Below, piece after piece: positions 59,917 to 64,000 of a stretch of DNA of 64,000 bases; positions within the stretch are counted from its first letter, which is position 1, and each line of letters starts with the position of its first letter. A program made the translations under genes and the position numbers. The stretch is from the NCBI GenBank assembly GCA_963844035.1, contig CAWJMT010000036.1, positions 96,001 through 160,000 on the forward strand. The letters are read 5' to 3'. Below the pieces are notes generated by a model that was not told the origin of the DNA, made no database searches, and worked only from the letters and a program-made list of their open reading frames with translations. This DNA is from an uncultured Gemmatimonadales bacterium (lineage in GTDB: Bacteria; Gemmatimonadota; Gemmatimonadetes; Gemmatimonadales; GWC2-71-9).

Positions 59917-60621
59917 ATGCGAATTCTCAGCCTGGCAGCAGTCACCACGTTCGTCGTGATCGCGGCGTGCAGCGATGTTGCGTCGCCGCTCGCTGCCGGC
60001 TCGGACGCCGGGTCGCTGACGGCGGCCGGCGGCGCAGCACACTTCCTCGGCGGGAAGAAGAAGATCGACGTCCGCAGCAAGCACGGTCACCACGACGAGG
60101 GCGACCGGGCGGAGTGCGGTGACGACGACCGCGACCACCACGACTATTGGGGCAAGCGCCGGCACGGGCGCCACGAACACCACTGGGGGAAGCGCGGTCA
60201 TTCTGTCTTCTCGCGGGGCAAGCACGGCTTCAGCGGGCACATGCTGGGCGGTCACCATGAAGACGGCGAGGACTGCGGCGGAGGAACAGAGACCACCGGG
60301 ACCATCAGTGGCGCCGTGATGAACGATGGTGCGGCCGCCAGCGGCTTCCCGGTGTTCCTCCTGAACGAGGCAGGGACGGCGGTGCTCGCCAACACGACCA
60401 CCGCAACCGACGGCTCCTACTCGTTCGCGGGGGTCGCAGCGGGGAACTATCTGGTGTGCGAGACGGATCCGTTTGTTGCGATCTACGGATTCCTCGGGCA
60501 GACCCGGCCCGAGACGGGCCCGGCTTGTCCGGTGGGATATGCGCCGATTGGCTTCCTCATTACTCTCGACGGCGGCGCCACGGTGGGCGGGAATGACTTC
60601 AGCAACTTCGGTGAGACGTAG
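59917..60621 (+). CDS. Lipoprotein with His-rich loop and SdrD-B/CnaB-like beta-sandwich (paralog 2)
   Basis: GAGGAGG RBS and IAACSD lipobox. The C-terminal domain is clearly paralogous to 59117-59752. Confidence 0.8.
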   Translation: MRILSLAAVTTFVVIAACSDVASPLAAGSDAGSLTAAGGAAHFLGGKKKIDVRSKHGHHDEGDRAECGDDDRDHHDYWGKRRHGRHEHHWGKRGHSVFSRGKHGFSGHMLGGHHEDGEDCGGGTETTGTISGAVMNDGAAASGFPVFLLNEAGTAVLANTTTATDGSYSFAGVAAGNYLVCETDPFVAIYGFLGQTRPETGPACPVGYAPIGFLITLDGGATVGGNDFSNFGET

Positions 60622-60649
60622 CGCGTCGCAGTTGCTCAGCGCTAAGATC

Positions 60650-60678
60650 ACGGCCGCCGGGATTCCCCCGGCGGCCGT
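60650..60678 (+). terminator. GC-rich hairpin after lipoprotein 2
   Basis: 12-bp stem ACGGCCGCCGGG/CCCGGCGGCCGT. Confidence 0.75.
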
Positions 60679-60839
60679 TCGATTTTCTGTGCCTCATTTT
60701 GCCAGACTTGCGCAACCAAGGCACCCCTCATCACTGTTGAGCCCGGACCGGTCATGCTTTTGGCAGGTGGCCGTCTGGTGGTGCTCCCGCGCCCTAGCCC
60801 ACTTCCCTGCGCCCTGTCTTCTACACGCAAGGAGGAGCT

Positions 60840-61434
60840 ATGCGAGTGCGCCAGTTGCTGACAGTAATGATTGCCGCCGCCATGGCGGCTTGTAATGACG
60901 TTCCCACGCCAGTGGCGGGTCCCGGTGGACCATCGATGGAGATCGTCGATGGGGCCCACGGCGGTGGCAACCCGTTCTTCTACTTCCTTCCCCCCATGGT
61001 GTCGAACCCCAGGTCCGGCACGAACGTGACCGGCCTTTCTCCGGTCGTGGACATTTGTGCCTGGACCGGCGCCAACTGCGAGGGCGTCGCTGGCCCATTT
61101 CACGATCGATCTCGCCACCACGACCACGACGCAGCCAGGCAATTCCGAGACCGTCCGCGAAAGTTCGGCCGGATACATCGTCAACTGGCACACCACCGAC
61201 TTCAACCTGGCCGTGAACAGCCTCTATCGCGTGAAGGTGAGCATCGGCGGTCAATGTCTTGGGCACGCGGATGTCGATGTGGTGGGCAGCGGGAAGGACC
61301 TGAAGAACGTCGATACGAACCAGTACATCCCTCTACTCGATGACCGGACCCTCCCGATCAAGTTCCGCATCGAGGACGGCGCCCTGTCCCACCCGCCTGA
61401 TGATACGTGCGACGGGCCCGGCGACGACGTCTAG
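60840..61434 (+). CDS. Lipoprotein 3 (frameshift ~61088)
   Basis: MAACND lipobox and EIVDGAHGGGNPFFYFLPPMV, continuing in another frame as YIVNWHT...LPIKFRIEDGAL. Confidence 0.75.
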
Positions 61435-61460
61435 GCGACGCCTCCGGGAAGGGAACGACG

Positions 61461-61491
61461 CGGCCGCCGGGCCTTTTTTGCCCGGCGGCCG
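61461..61491. terminator. GC-rich hairpin between convergent genes
   Basis: 12-bp stem CGGCCGCCGGGC/GCCCGGCGGCCG. Confidence 0.75.
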
Positions 61492-61497
61492 TTCACG

Positions 61498-62658
61498 TTA
61501 CTTGAGCAGCAGCTTGGCGATCGTGTGGAGCTGCATGTTGCTGGTGCCTTCGTAGATGGTGCCGATCTTGGCGTCGCGATAGAACTTCTCCACCGGGTAC
61601 TCCTTGGTGTACCCGTACCCGCCAAACAATTCCACGCACAGCGACGTGACCCGTTCGGCCACTTGCGACGCAAACAACTTCGCCATGGCCGCCTGCATCG
61701 TATAGGGCTCGCCCGCGTCCTCGAGCCGTGCCGCGTTGTAGACCATCAGGCGCGCCGCCTCGAGCTCCGTGGCCGCCTGGGCCAGCTGAAACTGCACGCC
61801 CTGAAATTCGGCGATCGGCTTGCCGAACTGGCGGCGCTCGCGCACGTATTGCAGCGCCGCCGTGAGCGCGCCGCGTGCGATGCCGATCATCTGGGCCCCG
61901 ATGCCGATGCGGCCGGTGTTGAGCGTCTCGATCGCCACCTTGTAGCCCTTGCCCACCTCGCCGATGAGGTTGGCCGCGGGGACCTCGCAGTGGTCGAGGA
62001 TCAGCTCGGTGGTGCTCGATGCCCGGATGCCGAGCTTGTCCTCCTTCTTTCCGACCTGGAATCCTGGGAACCCGCGCTCGACCACGAAGGCGGTGATGCC
62101 CTTGTGGCCGAGCGAGAGATCCACGCTGGCGAACACGACGAACAGGCCGGCTTCGGCGCCGTTCGTGATGAACAGCTTCCGGCCGTCGAGCGTCCAGGTG
62201 TCTCCGTTGCGCGTCGCTTTGGTCTCGAGCCCGAAGGCGTCCGAGCCGGATCCCGGCTCCGAGAGCGCGTAGGCGCCGATCAAGTCCGTCGTGAGCCGCG
62301 GGAGGTAGCGCTCCTGGATGTTCCCGCTCGCCCACTTGAGGAGCAGCGCGTTGACGAGCGTGTTCTGGACATCGACGACAATCGCGACGGCGGCATCGAT
62401 CGCCGCCAGCTCTTCCACGGCGAGCACGCTCATCATCAGGCTGCCGTTGGCTCCGCCGTGCTGCTCCGGGATCTCGATGCCCATGAGTCCCAGCGTGAAG
62501 AACTTCGGGAACAGGGTGGGGTCGATGGCCGACGCCCGCTCCATGGCGGCCACCCGCGGCCGGACTTCCCGCTCGGCGAAGTCGCGCACGGTGTCGCGGA
62601 AGAGGGTTTCCTCCTCACCGAGTACGCTGAGCGGAGATGGAGAATCGAGATAGTTCAT
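61498..62658 (-). CDS. Acyl-CoA dehydrogenase (short/branched-chain type)
   Basis: YALSEPGSGSDA, GRKLFITN, KLGIRASST, RRQFGKPIAEFQ, GGYGY and IYEGTSN. Confidence 0.96.
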   Translation of the reverse strand: MNYLDSPSPLSVLGEEETLFRDTVRDFAEREVRPRVAAMERASAIDPTLFPKFFTLGLMGIEIPEQHGGANGSLMMSVLAVEELAAIDAAVAIVVDVQNTLVNALLLKWASGNIQERYLPRLTTDLIGAYALSEPGSGSDAFGLETKATRNGDTWTLDGRKLFITNGAEAGLFVVFASVDLSLGHKGITAFVVERGFPGFQVGKKEDKLGIRASSTTELILDHCEVPAANLIGEVGKGYKVAIETLNTGRIGIGAQMIGIARGALTAALQYVRERRQFGKPIAEFQGVQFQLAQAATELEAARLMVYNAARLEDAGEPYTMQAAMAKLFASQVAERVTSLCVELFGGYGYTKEYPVEKFYRDAKIGTIYEGTSNMQLHTIAKLLLK

Positions 62659-62765
62659 GGTAGGGAGAATCTACCGGTCTTTCACCCGGCGCACGAATTT
62701 GAGCCCCTGATTCCAAGCTTCTCGGCGAGCGGCTTACCCGAGGCCCCAGCCGGGGCCGCCACCGG

Positions 62766-64000
62766 TCAGTCGGCCGGGGCCGGCGCCGCCCGAGGCTCGT
62801 CGCCGAGGCTGGTTCTCCGCCAGAATGAGAATCCGCGCAGGCGATGCTGCAGGTCGTCCAAGTACGTGTAGATCACCGGGGTCACGTACAGCGTGATGAT
62901 CTGCGAGAACGCCAGGCCGCCGACGACCGCGATGCCGAGCGGCCGGCGTGACTCGGAGCCAGTGCCGAAGCCGAGCGCGATCGGCAGCGTCCCCATCAGC
63001 GCCGCCATCGTCGTCATCATGATCGGCCGGAACCGGATGCTGCACGCCTCGACGATGGCGTCGCGCGCCGACTTCCCGGTATTCCGCTGCGTTTCGATGG
63101 CGAAGTCGATCATCATGATGCCGTTCTTCTTCACCAGGCCGACGAGCATGATGACGCCCACGAACGCGTACACGGTCAGGTCGACGCGGAAGATGAGGAG
63201 CGTCAGCAGCGCGCCGAACCCCGCGAACGGCAGCGCCGAGAGGATCGTGAGCGGGTGGATGAAGCTCTCGTACAGGATGCCCAGCACCATGTAGATCACG
63301 AACACGGCCACGATCAGCAGGGCGAGGAGCCCGGCCTGGCTCGACTGGAACGCCTGGGCGGTTCCCGAGAAGCTCGTGGTGATGGTGGCCGGCAGCATCT
63401 GTCGCGCGATGCGCTGCACCTGGCCGACGGCGGTACCGATAGCGACTCCTTCCCGCAGGTCGAACGAGATGGTGACCGACGGCAGCTGTCCCGAGTGGCT
63501 CACGGTCAGCGGTCCCACGCTCGATGTCAGGCTCGCGATCGAGGAGAGGGGCACGAGCGGCCCGTTTTTGGAGCGGATGTACAGCAGGCTCAGTGCGGAC
63601 AGGTCCTGCTGGTACTCCGGCAGCAGCTCCATCACGACCCAATACTGATTGGTGGAGGTGTAGATCGTGGACACCTGCGCGGATCCGTAGGCGCCGTACA
63701 GGGCCTCTTCCACCTGGCGGGCGGTGACTCCGAGCGCCGCGGCCCGGTCCCGATTGATGGTCACCGTCGCCTCCGGATTCGAGATCTGGAGATCGCTCGT
63801 GACGTTGATCAGGTCCGGCAGCTTGGCGAGCTCCGCCGTGAGCCGCGTCGCGTTGTCGTATAGTGCGATGCGGTCCGGGCTCTGGAGCGTGTACTGATAC
63901 AGGCTCTTGGTGCGGCGGCCGCCGATCTGGATCGGCGGGGGGTTCTGGAGGAACACCCGGATCCCGGGGATGCCGGCCAGCTTGCCGTTGAAGTAGCGGA
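62766..64000 (-). CDS. RND efflux permease (AcrB/MdtB family), C-terminal part, 5' end outside the window
   Basis: LYESFIHPLTILSALP, GLVKKNGIMMIDFA, RFRPIMMTT and RRPLGIAVVGGL. Confidence 0.95.
   Translation of the reverse strand, partial: RYFNGKLAGIPGIRVFLQNPPPIQIGGRRTKSLYQYTLQSPDRIALYDNATRLTAELAKLPDLINVTSDLQISNPEATVTINRDRAAALGVTARQVEEALYGAYGSAQVSTIYTSTNQYWVVMELLPEYQQDLSALSLLYIRSKNGPLVPLSSIASLTSSVGPLTVSHSGQLPSVTISFDLREGVAIGTAVGQVQRIARQMLPATITTSFSGTAQAFQSSQAGLLALLIVAVFVIYMVLGILYESFIHPLTILSALPFAGFGALLTLLIFRVDLTVYAFVGVIMLVGLVKKNGIMMIDFAIETQRNTGKSARDAIVEACSIRFRPIMMTTMAALMGTLPIALGFGTGSESRRPLGIAVVGGLAFSQIITLYVTPVIYTYLDDLQHRLRGFSFWRRTSLGDEPRAAPAPAD

Noticed and set aside
60749..60764. Sigma54 promoter upstream of lipoprotein 3
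   Set aside because: The spacing is GG-N11-GC rather than N10 and the -24 element is poor, so it cannot be supported without read polishing.

Overview
This is a high-GC bacterial chromosomal window with about 60 densely packed genes. Gene content and style suggest Gemmatimonadota, which is an inference. No rRNA, tRNA, CRISPR array, prophage or transposase is recognisable. About 15 genes carry single-base indels, mostly in short homopolymers, which points to uncorrected long-read errors rather than real pseudogenes. Most of the content is housekeeping or envelope related: fabI/fabH; S9, M1, M20, M28 and M42 peptidases; lspA; an ECF sigma-TolC-MacAAB module; cardiolipin synthase; asnB with a GT39 transferase; nth-polX; a NitT/TauT ABC transporter; an OPT transporter; acyl-CoA dehydrogenase; and an RND pump. 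The best candidates for new biology are: (1) an UndA-like diiron fatty-acid decarboxylase translationally coupled (ATGA) to a cytoplasmic PAS-PAS histidine kinase that the ORF track misses; (2) a compact monoheme cytochrome c fused to a predicted outer-membrane beta-barrel, distinct from Cyc2 and divergent from a chemoreceptor; (3) three tandem lipoprotein units, two with Cys-bracketed His/Trp/Gly/Arg-rich loops, sharing leader and hairpin sequences; and (4) a Spy/CpxP-like protein with a cryptic thrombospondin-3-like Ca-binding tail in the ECF/efflux operon. Several structured or octamer-repeat intergenic elements and many apparent leaderless promoters are also noted.
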